In this document: one piece after another, positions 1 through 9,814 of the stretch
How positions within the stretch are numbered: position 1 is the first letter of the stretch
How the letters are laid out: every line of letters begins with the position of its first letter
Origin: a virus
Lineage: Duplodnaviria > Caudoviricetes
IMG/VR virus record: IMGVR_UViG_3300011226_000001
Location: 204,225 to 268,224 of that record
DNA length: 64,000 nucleotides
Reading direction: 5' to 3' (one strand)
The notes under the pieces: model-generated
The model's input: only the letters and a program-made list of their open reading frames with translations
What the model was told of the DNA's origin: nothing
Databases searched by the model: none
Translations under genes and position numbers: made by a program

Positions 1-2
1 CG

Positions 3-1112
3 TTCACGCACCCGAACCTGTATCATATGTTCGACGTATCAGAAGAACGTAATCTAGGCGCGAGTCGTGAACTGGCCGCTACGCCGTTCTCCGAAGATGA
101 CCTCGTTGTGTGGCTAGACATTGACGAACGTTTCGATGATCCTGATTGGGTTGAAACGTTACGCAATACGAAACACATCAAACACGCAGAAGCTGTTTGG
201 ATTCTGATGCGCAACGGTGACAGTCACTACCAGCAAATGAAAGCGTATCGTCGTCGCTCTTACTTCTGGAAGTATCGTGCGCATGAAGTCCTGTCTTCCC
301 GTAAGCCTGGACAGAACTTGCGTTGGGTGGAAGCAACGTTTGCAACAGACCATTACCCTGATCAGACAAAGCCTCGCAACTATTTGCTTGAGCTGGGTAA
401 AGACGTTGGTGATTACCCGCATGATGATCGTTGCAGTTTCTACTATGCGCGTGAGCTGTGCTACGCAGTAAGCTACAACGAACGCCCTGATTTGCTGGAT
501 GATGCGCGTCGTGAAGTAGACCGCCTTGCTGGTATTGCTAAGTGGGCAGACTACGTATCAATCGCTAACCTTGAACTGGCAAAAGCAACGTTCAAACAGG
601 GCTTCACTCAGGAAGCGATTGCTGCTTGTTATCGGGCAATAGCGTACCGTCCTGACCGCATTGAATGCTACGGTATGATTGCTGATATCTTCTATCGTCA
701 CAACGATATGATGAACGCTGTGGGTATGGCCATTCAAGGCATTGATGCCTATAAGCAGAATCCAAAAAGTTTCTTGTTTGACCAGACCTCTATTAATTTA
801 GATCTATGTTACGAAACAGCTTATTGGGGCTGTCGTAATCTCGGTATGGTTGAACCTGCTCTCAACTACCTCGCTCAACTCACCATGCTACGTGGTGAAG
901 ATCTGAATGAGGCAATTCAGAACTCTGGGCTGCTCTCATACATGCAGCCCGCTACTCAGGAAGAATCAAATGACAGTACAGCGAATGAAGTCAACGTCGG
1001 GGGTGCAGAGACTCAAGACGGCTCCAGCTCCGAACATAGTGAGCAGCTCCGAGCAGATGACTATCAAGTTAGGGGAGTCTCTGACGCCAGCGAACAAAGC
1101 AAGCCTGATTAA
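3..1112 (+). CDS. GT2-like glycosyltransferase with C-terminal TPR repeats (5' truncated by window)
   Basis: Frame is open from the window edge. DxD-like motif in VWLDIDE and a downstream YRAHE motif typical of GT2-TPR proteins; TPR-like helices (FYYARE, EAIAACYRAIAYRPDRIECY). Confidence 0.65.
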   Translation, partial: FTHPNLYHMFDVSEERNLGASRELAATPFSEDDLVVWLDIDERFDDPDWVETLRNTKHIKHAEAVWILMRNGDSHYQQMKAYRRRSYFWKYRAHEVLSSRKPGQNLRWVEATFATDHYPDQTKPRNYLLELGKDVGDYPHDDRCSFYYARELCYAVSYNERPDLLDDARREVDRLAGIAKWADYVSIANLELAKATFKQGFTQEAIAACYRAIAYRPDRIECYGMIADIFYRHNDMMNAVGMAIQGIDAYKQNPKSFLFDQTSINLDLCYETAYWGCRNLGMVEPALNYLAQLTMLRGEDLNEAIQNSGLLSYMQPATQEESNDSTANEVNVGGAETQDGSSSEHSEQLRADDYQVRGVSDASEQSKPD

Positions 1113-1848
1113 CGCCTTTGAACTGGCTGCGCGTAAGAAGCTCGGTCAGTCAATTACACCAGAAGATATTCTGAGTGTGGCAAAGCGTACTGTCGTTCCT
1201 GCTATCGCTGCGCGTATCTACACTGAGATTGCGAACTCGACCGAGAAGCAAACGTTCATGACTATGGCGCGTCTTGCTATCGGTCTGTCTGAAATCTATT
1301 GCAAGAAAGCTGGCCTGACGGCTGGCTCTCAGGGAACGCAGATGCCTGTTGTTATCGGCGGTTATTTCATTAACCGTGTGCTTAACGATAGCTCCAGCAC
1401 CATCGCACAAATCAACGCGATCAATCTGCCTATCGAGCAGAAGTTTGCTGCGCTGTTTGAATCGTTCTGGTCGTCGTTGGATATCGAAGCGCTGAAAGAG
1501 AAGATGGTTCCACGCTCTGAGTCTGCTTCTCGCGTAACGTTCAAGACCATCAAGTCGCCTGATATCTACAAAGGCACTGAGCAGATTAGTTATGCTGTCA
1601 ATGCTGGTGGACGTGTATGCGGTAAGATTTCGTGGGATAAAGCGTGTGGTGAATGCTCTGAGAAATCTACCGGCTGGGTAGTAACCCTGTTCGATGGTTT
1701 CAACGAGGCTGCGTATCGCTCTGGGCGTAGTGCGAACGCGCATGAACCATTCACTGCTGTCCATAAAGGTGAAGTCAAGTTGCACAACCCTGCACGTATG
1801 ACTTTGGCTCTCGCTAAGTCTTGGGCGCGTGGTGCATTGCGAGGTTAA
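970..1848 (+). CDS. hypothetical protein, possibly head-associated (start at 970 or 1057)
   Basis: Long ORF with phage-like codon usage; AGGAAG upstream of ATG970; carries VSSS and RSESAS motifs. Confidence 0.6.
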   Translation: MTVQRMKSTSGVQRLKTAPAPNIVSSSEQMTIKLGESLTPANKASLINAFELAARKKLGQSITPEDILSVAKRTVVPAIAARIYTEIANSTEKQTFMTMARLAIGLSEIYCKKAGLTAGSQGTQMPVVIGGYFINRVLNDSSSTIAQINAINLPIEQKFAALFESFWSSLDIEALKEKMVPRSESASRVTFKTIKSPDIYKGTEQISYAVNAGGRVCGKISWDKACGECSEKSTGWVVTLFDGFNEAAYRSGRSANAHEPFTAVHKGEVKLHNPARMTLALAKSWARGALRG

Positions 1849-1849
1849 C

Positions 1850-2266
1850 ATGCCGCAATTCTCTTTTGACTATAACATTGGTGACATTGTTTCGTTTGAA
1901 GTTCCCTCGAAGCATTGCTCACCGTGTATTCTGCGTGGCACTATCAATTCGATTCTGATCAATAAAGATGAAGCTATCTATATGATTGGAAGTCGCTACG
2001 CACAGCACCCGGTTCCGGAGAAGGATATCGTCAAGCCTATATTCAGTACGAAATCCTTCGACGTGTTTTATCCTGGCGTTGAGGTTATTGCGACACTGAA
2101 AGATTCAGGCCGAGAAGTTCTTGCGTATGTTGAAAACGCAGTAATTTCAGATGGACGGCTACGCTACTGGTTAAGCACTATGGACGGACTCAATGCTTTT
2201 CAAGTTGAAGAGGGGTGTGTCCGCTTAGCCAACGCAAGCGCTGATAACATCAACAATTTCCAATAG
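1850..2266 (+). CDS. hypothetical protein with two KOW/SH3-like repeats
   Basis: GAGG RBS before ATG1850; two similar beta units beginning YNIGDIVSF and FYPGVEVIA. Confidence 0.55.
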   Translation: MPQFSFDYNIGDIVSFEVPSKHCSPCILRGTINSILINKDEAIYMIGSRYAQHPVPEKDIVKPIFSTKSFDVFYPGVEVIATLKDSGREVLAYVENAVISDGRLRYWLSTMDGLNAFQVEEGCVRLANASADNINNFQ

Positions 2267-2276
2267 GGAGAACACG

Positions 2277-3056
2277 ATGACCCAGACAGTAAAGTCTGAA
2301 TCGTTTGATACGTCAGACATGGGCCTCGTCGGATTGAACGCGATTGACATGCACAAAGAAGATGTTAGCCGTACAGCTAAATCTATTCGTGTGGATGCTT
2401 CTCGCTTCGGTATTCAGACAGGTTCCTTTAACCTTGACGTGAACGTGTGGTTGCCTAAAGCAGCCGAGCAATACAACACGTCACGCGATATCCGCGACTA
2501 TATCATCGTTCCTGTTCCGGTAAACATCACTGAACTGCCGAACACTAACGGTGATGCGTTTAGTCTGCAAGAGTGGTTGACGTTCAACCCAGACCAAGGC
2601 CGTCTTGCTTATCAGACGTTCATTGGTAAGCCGACGTTTATCGAGCACAACAACAAAGACTACCGCCAAGCCATGGGCATGATCTTTGACTCTAACCTGT
2701 CTAAGCTCAAAAACTTCCGTGGCGATCACGCACGTCTGACTCTGCTGCTGGCGTTTGACCGTACGCGTTGTAAAGAGCGCTGCGACCGAATCCTGAGCGG
2801 TGAACTGAACACGTACTCAAAAGGCACAACGTATCGTGCGTATAAATGCAGCATCTGTGGTCAGTTGGTAACGCCTAAGATGCGTAACTTCTGTTCGCAT
2901 ACAGCGTTTAACAAACCGACCTATCTCGATGCTCGTACAGGTCGTCTGGTCTATCGTGACTGTAAGATGCTTACCGGCTTCGAATGCAGTAGCGTAGATG
3001 ACCCAGCATTCGCCTGTGCTGCAACGTACAAAGAACATCTGTTAAGGATGGCGTGA
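2277..3056 (+). CDS. putative prohead (capsid maturation) protease with Zn-ribbon insertion
   Basis: NTNGDAF, TFIGKPTFIEH, ILSGELNTYSKG and CSICG...CSH motifs fit phage prohead serine proteases; lies upstream of the scaffold and capsid genes; GGGAG RBS. Confidence 0.65.
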   Translation: MTQTVKSESFDTSDMGLVGLNAIDMHKEDVSRTAKSIRVDASRFGIQTGSFNLDVNVWLPKAAEQYNTSRDIRDYIIVPVPVNITELPNTNGDAFSLQEWLTFNPDQGRLAYQTFIGKPTFIEHNNKDYRQAMGMIFDSNLSKLKNFRGDHARLTLLLAFDRTRCKERCDRILSGELNTYSKGTTYRAYKCSICGQLVTPKMRNFCSHTAFNKPTYLDARTGRLVYRDCKMLTGFECSSVDDPAFACAATYKEHLLRMA

Positions 3057-4183
3057 TGCCAGAAGGTCTAGCAATCGCAGACTATTCGTACTATCGCTAT
3101 CTTGGGCAGGCAGCAATGATCTCAAACGGCGTCCATATGGAACCGCGAGAGGTCATTGGCCTTCTCAAAGTAAACAGCGACCTGTACTACATAGCCCACC
3201 CTAAATACGATCAGGCATATGCAATCAGTGGAGAAGACGGTGACAAGCTCGTTCAGAATAGTCGCCCATTCACTGCTAAACCTGACGCTCTCTTTAAGCC
3301 TGGCTTCGACTTCACTCCTTACGAGGAGAAGCAGAAGAAACCCGAGCCACCAGCACCAGAACCCAAAGCCAAGCCTGTTAAACTCAGCAAAGAACCAGAG
3401 CCGGAACCAACACCTGACGTAGCTCCTGAACAGAGCGAAGAAGATACGCCTGATTCAATGAAAGCAGCGCAACGTCGTGTGGCTGATATGCCTGATTTTG
3501 GTAATTTCAAACCACTGAAATATGCCTCGGCAATCTATCCGGGTGGTACGCCTAATAACTACGCAACCAAGCCTGTCAAGAAGTGCGGACGTGTGCATCT
3601 TGAAATACTGGGTATGGATGACTTGCGTGTGCCGGGCGTTACGCTTGAGAAAAACGGCATTAGCCCTCCTGACTATGTTCTGAAAGACATTCAGGAAAAC
3701 GTTATGCCTGGCGTTGGCCTGAACCTTGAACTGCCATTTAAACGTCTGTATGTTGGCTTGTTAAAAGCTAACTCGGATAGTGGTGGTAGTCACATCGCAA
3801 CGTATCGCGTACATGGCTTCCTGTATGGTGCAATATCAATCCATCCAGCGCAGCTAGTACAGCTACTAGGTGGTTATAATAGCCTGTCTATGGCACACGT
3901 TATTACGCATGAATTAGCCCACTTTGTGGACCATACAATGCTGCGTAACGTAGACCGTATGAAGTTCGAACAGGCCATTCGCGGCAAGAAAATCCACCCG
4001 GATTCTATGAACGCGTTAACCATTAAATCAGTACCTGCGGAGCACTTTGCAACGCTTGCTGAACTGATGGTTTGGGGATATAGCCTGCGTAACGTTTATA
4101 CGTTAAATGGCGTCGAAGTAGTGTCGAAATACTTCGAAAACAGATATATTCCACAAACTGACATTGATAGCAGAAAAATTTAA
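3056..4183 (+). CDS. putative zincin metallopeptidase-domain protein with N-terminal small beta domain and Pro/Glu/Lys linker
   Basis: VITHELAHFVDH (HEXXH) plus downstream PAEHFA glutamate motif. Confidence 0.6.
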   Translation: MPEGLAIADYSYYRYLGQAAMISNGVHMEPREVIGLLKVNSDLYYIAHPKYDQAYAISGEDGDKLVQNSRPFTAKPDALFKPGFDFTPYEEKQKKPEPPAPEPKAKPVKLSKEPEPEPTPDVAPEQSEEDTPDSMKAAQRRVADMPDFGNFKPLKYASAIYPGGTPNNYATKPVKKCGRVHLEILGMDDLRVPGVTLEKNGISPPDYVLKDIQENVMPGVGLNLELPFKRLYVGLLKANSDSGGSHIATYRVHGFLYGAISIHPAQLVQLLGGYNSLSMAHVITHELAHFVDHTMLRNVDRMKFEQAIRGKKIHPDSMNALTIKSVPAEHFATLAELMVWGYSLRNVYTLNGVEVVSKYFENRYIPQTDIDSRKI

Positions 4184-4208
4184 AAATACTTGAATTTTTT
4201 CTGCAATC

Positions 4209-4216
4209 GTTAATTT
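4209..4216 (+). promoter_or_regulatory. TAATTT putative phage late-promoter motif
   Basis: Intergenic GTTAATTT ~50 nt before ATG4262; the same motif recurs before several other operon starts. Confidence 0.45.
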
Positions 4217-4261
4217 CAACCTGTCGATTCAACGACTATAAATTTAATGAGGGTTTTAACC

Positions 4262-6280
4262 ATGCCAAAGATTACCCAACTCGCGGGTATCCTGTGTGTC
4301 GGTCAAAACCATAATCAGGCAGTAGAGAACTTTCGCCGTACTGCAACCGGTCAGAACCTGATGATTTTCGGGTCCTCTGATGGTGTAGGCTTTGCTTCGC
4401 AGAGTGGCGCTGATCTCTACAATCCGAACGGCGGTGAAGAACTGCTGGTGGAGCATCCTGATTTGGTTGAGAAAGCCGAAGTCCAGTCGCAGTCCTCTGC
4501 TGGTGATGTGAAAGCTCATTACACCATCTGTCTTGATGGTTGTGGTAGCCACGTTATCTCTGACTCTGCTGCTCTGGTTCAGGGCTGCTGCCCGTCGTGC
4601 TCTGCTGACCTGTCAGAAATCACTGACGAGCGTGTTACTCAGTTCCTGGCCGAATCCGCTTCTGCTGACGAACAGATTGAACACACTGGTCTGGTTGCTA
4701 CAGGCAAGACTGCCGAAGCTGCACAACGTAACTTCGCGCTGGCACTGAGCAACGCACACGCGTTCACCGCGCTGTCTGGTACTGGTAGCTTCAATGCTGC
4801 TACTGCCGTAAACTTCGACCCGTACACCGGCCAGTCCGTTGAGAAATGCGAACCGCAGGAAGCTCCAGAAGCTCTCGCTGCGCTGTCCTCTGCTGACGGT
4901 GAAGTCGAAGCGCACATGTATAGCTGCTCCGCTAAATGCGAACAGCCGTTCACTGTAAGCTCTGATGAAGAGCCTGTGTTCTGTGCGCACTGTTCTGCCG
5001 CTCTGGTCGACGAGCCGATTGAATCTCAGTCTGGCGACGACGATAGCGACATTGATATCATTGAAGAAGACGACCTCGACGACGAAGAATCTGGCGACGA
5101 GGATGACGACTTCGATTCTGAATCATCTAACGATGACGAAGACGATGATATCGACGACGAGGATGACCTCGACGAAGACGATCTGGACGAAGACGATCTG
5201 GACGACGAAGACATGGAAGATCTGGAAGATGATGAAGAAGACGACTTCGATTCTGAATCCAGTTCCGATGACGACGAAGACCTCGACGACGAAGATGATC
5301 TCGAACTCGACGACGAAGACCTGGAAGAAGATGATATCGACTCTGAATCCGGCTCTGACGACGACGAAGATCTCGACGACGAAGACCTGGAAGAAGACGA
5401 TCTCGACCTCGATGACGAAGACGATATCGACTCTGAAAGCGGCACTGTCTCTCGTACCTTCGATAGTCTGTCCACTGCACAAGCGCAACACGGTACGCTG
5501 GACCCTGCTCTGGTAAGCCTTAGCCGCGCTACTGGCACCCTGAACACTGTACACATGTACTACGATGGTCAGCCGATTGCTCGCGCTACTCTCGCTTCTG
5601 TGTCCGGTGCTGTAGGCGAAGAAAATGCGGTGAAATCTTTCGCATCTGATAATTTCATTCGTGCAGTATCACACTCTCTGAATCAGGCGGGTGTTACTGG
5701 TACCTGTGAAGCGTTCGGCTTTATGCCGTATCAGATTGAAATGCCTGTCGAAAAACTTCTGGCTGCGCAGTCTGACGCACGTATTAGCGAAGCTACTACG
5801 AACGTTACCGGCACTATCGAAGAAGCAAACGCAGCGTATGCTGACCGCTTCGTCGCTGCCCTGTCTGCATCCCAGCTGGGTGTTACCAAAAACTTCTGGG
5901 GTGATGTGCGCAACCCAATCGTTGATAGCCTGGTTAGCTCTCTGTCTGCTGCCGGTATCAAAGAGCCTCGCGCTCTGATTGAACGTGCGTTTATCGCTCA
6001 TGGCAAAGACTTCCTGACTACTTCGCTGTCAAAAGCGATGGACCTCATGAGCAAGTCCGAAGTCGCCCAGAACGAAATCTCTGAGTCTATCGACGCTGCT
6101 GCTGGCACTGTAAGTGCTGAACGCGCATCGGTTGTTCAACAGCAGGTTGTAACCGCTCAGCCTAAAGCTCCGGCGACCGCTGCTGAATTGCTTGCTCAGG
6201 GTAACGACACCGTTGAATCCCAGAGTTCAGCTTCCACTGGCTCATTCGAAGATAAGCTGTCCCGTCTGCGCCTCGGTTAA
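4262..6280 (+). CDS. putative prohead core/scaffolding protein with duplicated Cys-rich Zn ribbons and a long Asp/Glu tract
   Basis: Lies between the protease and capsid genes; ~135-aa D/E tract; two CxxxC...CxxC units; helical C-terminus; GAGG RBS favours ATG4262. Confidence 0.6.
   Translation: MPKITQLAGILCVGQNHNQAVENFRRTATGQNLMIFGSSDGVGFASQSGADLYNPNGGEELLVEHPDLVEKAEVQSQSSAGDVKAHYTICLDGCGSHVISDSAALVQGCCPSCSADLSEITDERVTQFLAESASADEQIEHTGLVATGKTAEAAQRNFALALSNAHAFTALSGTGSFNAATAVNFDPYTGQSVEKCEPQEAPEALAALSSADGEVEAHMYSCSAKCEQPFTVSSDEEPVFCAHCSAALVDEPIESQSGDDDSDIDIIEEDDLDDEESGDEDDDFDSESSNDDEDDDIDDEDDLDEDDLDEDDLDDEDMEDLEDDEEDDFDSESSSDDDEDLDDEDDLELDDEDLEEDDIDSESGSDDDEDLDDEDLEEDDLDLDDEDDIDSESGTVSRTFDSLSTAQAQHGTLDPALVSLSRATGTLNTVHMYYDGQPIARATLASVSGAVGEENAVKSFASDNFIRAVSHSLNQAGVTGTCEAFGFMPYQIEMPVEKLLAAQSDARISEATTNVTGTIEEANAAYADRFVAALSASQLGVTKNFWGDVRNPIVDSLVSSLSAAGIKEPRALIERAFIAHGKDFLTTSLSKAMDLMSKSEVAQNEISESIDAAAGTVSAERASVVQQQVVTAQPKAPATAAELLAQGNDTVESQSSASTGSFEDKLSRLRLG
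5020..5442 (+). repeat. imperfect tandem coding repeat: acidic runs punctuated by [FI]DSES[SG]
   Basis: Repeated gacgacgaagac/ctcgac units and four tcga(t/c)tctgaa units encoding DSES. Confidence 0.85.
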
Positions 6281-6332
6281 CTGAGGCCTACCCTGACAGT
6301 TACTTTCTAATCTCTCTTATTGGAGAAACATC

Positions 6333-7040
6333 ATGCTGTTTCAAAATGCTACCGATATCGTACAGACCCAGGAAGCTGACCTGCTGCCGGGCGAAGTAAT
6401 TCACGAAGAAGGCGTTGCGCTGGTTTGGGCCCGTGAAGGCGGCCACTCTTTCCTGCGTCTGTCTACTGGTGCTGCTAACGAAGTATTCGCCGGTTTTGCT
6501 CTGGCTCGCTCTATGCCGCCTGCGCACATGAACCGTGTTGAAGAGTTCGTTATCGACGCTACCAAAAAGTTCACTGCATCACGCGTACCGAACGCTGGCG
6601 CACTGCTGGTTAAAATCGACGGCGTTAAAGCTGATCAGGAAGCGAACGCTGCTCCTTCCGAAGCTGGCGCTGTTGGTGTTCAGGGTGCTGACCTGTACTT
6701 CCACGCTGACGACCAGGGTAAGAAAGTTCGCATCCAGTATGCTTACGAACTGACCGTGACCGAAGCGCGTTCTTACACTGCTGATGCACCTATCGGTGGT
6801 CTGCCGTCTAACGTTGAAGGCCGCGTCGGCTACATCAAACTGGGTAACATCGCTACCTCTATGTTTGACCCGACTGCTGACTGGTCTGCTGACAACGTTA
6901 TTCACCCAACTCTCGGCCCGAACGGTCTGCTGACCATCGGCGGTCAGGGTACTGTGCTGAAAGGCTGCATCATCAAACAGGCACCGACCACTGATCGCGG
7001 TTACCTGATCGTTGAAATGTCTTCCTCTTACGGCGCCTAA
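6333..7040 (+). CDS. virion structural protein (capsid accessory/decoration-like)
   Basis: Directly precedes the major capsid gene; strong GGAG RBS; codon bias of a highly expressed gene. Confidence 0.55.
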   Translation: MLFQNATDIVQTQEADLLPGEVIHEEGVALVWAREGGHSFLRLSTGAANEVFAGFALARSMPPAHMNRVEEFVIDATKKFTASRVPNAGALLVKIDGVKADQEANAAPSEAGAVGVQGADLYFHADDQGKKVRIQYAYELTVTEARSYTADAPIGGLPSNVEGRVGYIKLGNIATSMFDPTADWSADNVIHPTLGPNGLLTIGGQGTVLKGCIIKQAPTTDRGYLIVEMSSSYGA

Positions 7041-7099
7041 TCGTCGCGCACCGTAACTGTTTGAACTGAAACTTACGAGATTATTCTCAGGAGCAACTA

Positions 7100-8200
7100 A
7101 TGAACAATTCCTTAATGCGCGGCGCAAAAGTAACCCTGCGTAACGGTGCCCCAATTGAAGACCTGCGCTACGGCGGTAAGGGCGACCTGGCTCTGAGTGA
7201 GAGCACCGGCGAAATCAACGCCTACTCTAACAAAGACCTTCTGCGTAACATCAGCCGTCTGATGGAAGAAGCTGCCAACGGTAACATCGTTCACTCTCAC
7301 TCCGGCGCTCAGAACGGTCTGACCGACGCTGAGAAAGTTGAGCTGTTCCAAGAAGCTGTTGCTGATAGCAGCGGCGAGAAGTGGGCTTCTCTGGGTGCAT
7401 CTATCGTTGCATCTATCGAAGACCGTGCGGAACGTGCTGGCCTGCTGCGCAAAGTGTGTAAAGGCGCTACCGTTCGTCAGGGCGATATCGCTCGTATCGA
7501 ACTGAAAATCCACCAGGCGGAAGCGATCATTGCAACTGGTCCTACCGACTACGGTTACCGTCAGTTCCGCGGCCGTGTTTACACGCCTGCTGAGTTTGAA
7601 CTGAAATCCAACATCCGCGTTAGCAAAATGGATCTGGACCAGATCAACGGCGACCTGCTGGATCGCGCTCAACAAGACGGCCTGTCTTCTATCATGGTTG
7701 CAGAAGACCGTCTGTGGAAACGCGCTTGTGACCAGGCTGTTGGCATCGCTAACCCTATCACCTGGGTTCACGGTGACCTGACTCCGCGTCTGCTGTCTAC
7801 TCTGAAAAATTCTGTGTCTTCATGGCCGCTGCCTGTTAGCACCGCTGTGATGGCGCAGGACTACTGGAACGATATCGTTGGTAACGATCAGTTCTCCTCT
7901 GCTCTTGACCCGGTAAGCAAATACGACCTGATCACCACTGGTCGTCTGGGTACTCTGCTGGGTATGGAACTGGTAACTGACGGCTTCCGCGCTCCAGAGC
8001 ACCGCGTTCTGAACGACGGCGAACTGTACGTTCTGGCTGACCAGGACTACCACGCAGTGTACACTACTCGCGGCGGCACCCAGTCTACCCCGACTTCTGG
8101 CGCTAACCAGGGTAACACCGACCGCGGCTGGCTGCTGTCCAGCACCTTCTCCTTCACTCTGGCGAACGTGCGTTCAGTAGCGAAAGCTGTCCGCGGCTGA
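7100..8200 (+). CDS. major capsid protein (HK97-like fold inferred)
   Basis: 366 aa; strongest codon bias in the window; AGGAG RBS; followed by a hairpin; segments IMVAEDRLW and TGRLGTLLGMELVTD resemble capsid proteins; canonical position. Confidence 0.75.
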   Translation: MNNSLMRGAKVTLRNGAPIEDLRYGGKGDLALSESTGEINAYSNKDLLRNISRLMEEAANGNIVHSHSGAQNGLTDAEKVELFQEAVADSSGEKWASLGASIVASIEDRAERAGLLRKVCKGATVRQGDIARIELKIHQAEAIIATGPTDYGYRQFRGRVYTPAEFELKSNIRVSKMDLDQINGDLLDRAQQDGLSSIMVAEDRLWKRACDQAVGIANPITWVHGDLTPRLLSTLKNSVSSWPLPVSTAVMAQDYWNDIVGNDQFSSALDPVSKYDLITTGRLGTLLGMELVTDGFRAPEHRVLNDGELYVLADQDYHAVYTTRGGTQSTPTSGANQGNTDRGWLLSSTFSFTLANVRSVAKAVRG

Positions 8201-8214
8201 CGGTAAGTGCAATC

Positions 8215-8240
8215 AGAGGGCGGCATAACGCTGCCCTCTT
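8215..8240 (+). terminator. hairpin after major capsid gene (weak terminator or stabiliser)
   Basis: agagggcggc-ataac-gctgccctct stem with only a short T tail. Confidence 0.6.
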
Positions 8241-8255
8241 AACTGAGGACCAAGC

Positions 8256-8663
8256 ATGAAGACTTTATCTGGTTCCTTAGCTGCACTGGCAATCGTCGCA
8301 GCGCGTGACGGACAGTGGACTGATGCTGCTCGCTTGCTTGCGCAAGCTGCTGTTGCGCCAGACACTGAGGACTTTCTCGAATGCGAACTCGCTGATAACT
8401 TCCAGGCTTCTTGCTTGGTAAACTCTGTGAGTAGCGCATCCGGTATGAGCGAATCCGTTGCTGCGTTGTCTGCTGCTTTAGAGCTTAATGCCGAGGAAGA
8501 ACAGTCGTTGTATGACGACGAAGTTATTAGTCTCAACTCCGACGAAGATGTTGAAGACGAATTGGAAGACGAGCTTAATGATGAAGAAGAGGATGATGCA
8601 GACGATGCAATCGAATCCGATTCATCTGCCCCTTCCCAGTTGATTCGTCTGCGACTTGATTAA
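8256..8663 (+). CDS. acidic hypothetical protein, probably head-associated
   Basis: GAGG RBS; D/E-rich C-half; several S-x-S motifs. Confidence 0.65.
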   Translation: MKTLSGSLAALAIVAARDGQWTDAARLLAQAAVAPDTEDFLECELADNFQASCLVNSVSSASGMSESVAALSAALELNAEEEQSLYDDEVISLNSDEDVEDELEDELNDEEEDDADDAIESDSSAPSQLIRLRLD

Positions 8664-8682
8664 CACCCGATTACGGGTAACC

Positions 8683-8711
8683 AAAAGGGTGGCCAATAGG
8701 CTGCCCTTTTT
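8683..8711 (+). terminator. rho-independent terminator
   Basis: aaaagggtggcc-aata-ggctgcccttttt. Confidence 0.8.
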
Positions 8712-8730
8712 CGTATCTGGAGCACCGCAA

Positions 8731-9414
8731 ATGAGTGCAAACATTGCAGGTATGCTCAAAGGCAGTACATCGCTACGAGCAACCATCTTTGGCTTTCAGC
8801 GTCAATTCAGACAGGGCTTCGGGTTAAAGCGTTTTGTTTGGTCTGTGCATAACAACCCTAAGCAGGGTATTCGTGCAACGAACAATCAAAGCACTGACTA
8901 TCCATACGGTTGGTTCAAACTACCGAACATCGCATTCAACCGTGAAGAGTCCGTGAACATTAAGAACATCGCACGTCATGGCAGTGGCTGGGCGTTAGGC
9001 AAAGACGATACGAACGCAATCGTCGTCACTAACTACTACTTCCCTATTACGCTTACCGGTTCATTGTTCGTTAAGTTTATGAACATCGACCAAGCGCTGT
9101 TGTTCGTGCAGCAAGCGATGATAGCTGGCCTGACAGATCTCATGAGTTTCTCTATTGAGATGCCTACTGCTAAGTGGACTGCGCGTGTCAAGCTGGATGA
9201 CTCTCTGCCTATGCCTAACATTGATGACCTCGATGAAGGTAGTACGCCGGGTAGTTTCGAGCTGGAGATTCCAATCACGATTCACTCGAAGATTGGCTTC
9301 AACATGGAGCAGGCTAAGATAAACAACTACGGTGAGATCACTGAGAACACCGAGATTGATATCGACTTCGGTCCGCGAGCTACTGCTGAACAAGACGAGG
9401 AGGAAGTAGACTAA
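8731..9414 (+). CDS. putative tail completion/neck protein
   Basis: GGAG RBS before ATG8731 (downstream of the terminator); lies just upstream of the sheath gene; function from position only. Confidence 0.45.
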   Translation: MSANIAGMLKGSTSLRATIFGFQRQFRQGFGLKRFVWSVHNNPKQGIRATNNQSTDYPYGWFKLPNIAFNREESVNIKNIARHGSGWALGKDDTNAIVVTNYYFPITLTGSLFVKFMNIDQALLFVQQAMIAGLTDLMSFSIEMPTAKWTARVKLDDSLPMPNIDDLDEGSTPGSFELEIPITIHSKIGFNMEQAKINNYGEITENTEIDIDFGPRATAEQDEEEVD

Positions 9415-9758
9415 TGTACACACGCGAGAAGTACCGTAAGCTCGACCGTACTCTGGTTATTGATAGTCGTGTGCGCTCTGTTACTTCTAACCAGAACGCT
9501 ATTCTCAAACGACAGTCACACGCTGTAGGGATTCCCCTTGACGGTGACTTCCAAATGCAGAGTGTTATCGTCGGACCTAAAGGCTATCAGTTGCCTGAGA
9601 TTAAAGGTCTGCTGTACATTGATACCGCAGAGCCAATCATCCTCCAGTTCGCTGGTGGCCGGATGATTATCGAAGGGCAGTTCACGCTTACAGGAAAGAT
9701 GGCACAATCCGTTCTGGTAAGTGACGTGGATCAGCGAGTTAATGTGGTTTGCTATTGA
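9414..9758 (+). CDS. hypothetical structural protein
   Basis: Translationally coupled (TAATG) to the upstream gene. Confidence 0.6.
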   Translation: MYTREKYRKLDRTLVIDSRVRSVTSNQNAILKRQSHAVGIPLDGDFQMQSVIVGPKGYQLPEIKGLLYIDTAEPIILQFAGGRMIIEGQFTLTGKMAQSVLVSDVDQRVNVVCY

Positions 9759-9764
9759 GTTCTC

Positions 9765-9772
9765 GCTAATTT
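9765..9772 (+). promoter_or_regulatory. GCTAATTT putative late-promoter motif
   Basis: Intergenic, 48 nt before the sheath ATG. Confidence 0.5.
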
Positions 9773-9814
9773 CATACAGTCGTTACACGATGCCCATTCT
9801 TATGGAGATTCACG

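Noticed and set aside
4965-5556. Thr-rich, Ser-rich and Arg-rich alternative-frame ORFs over the acidic tract
   Set aside because: Frame artefacts of the GAC/GAA repeat.
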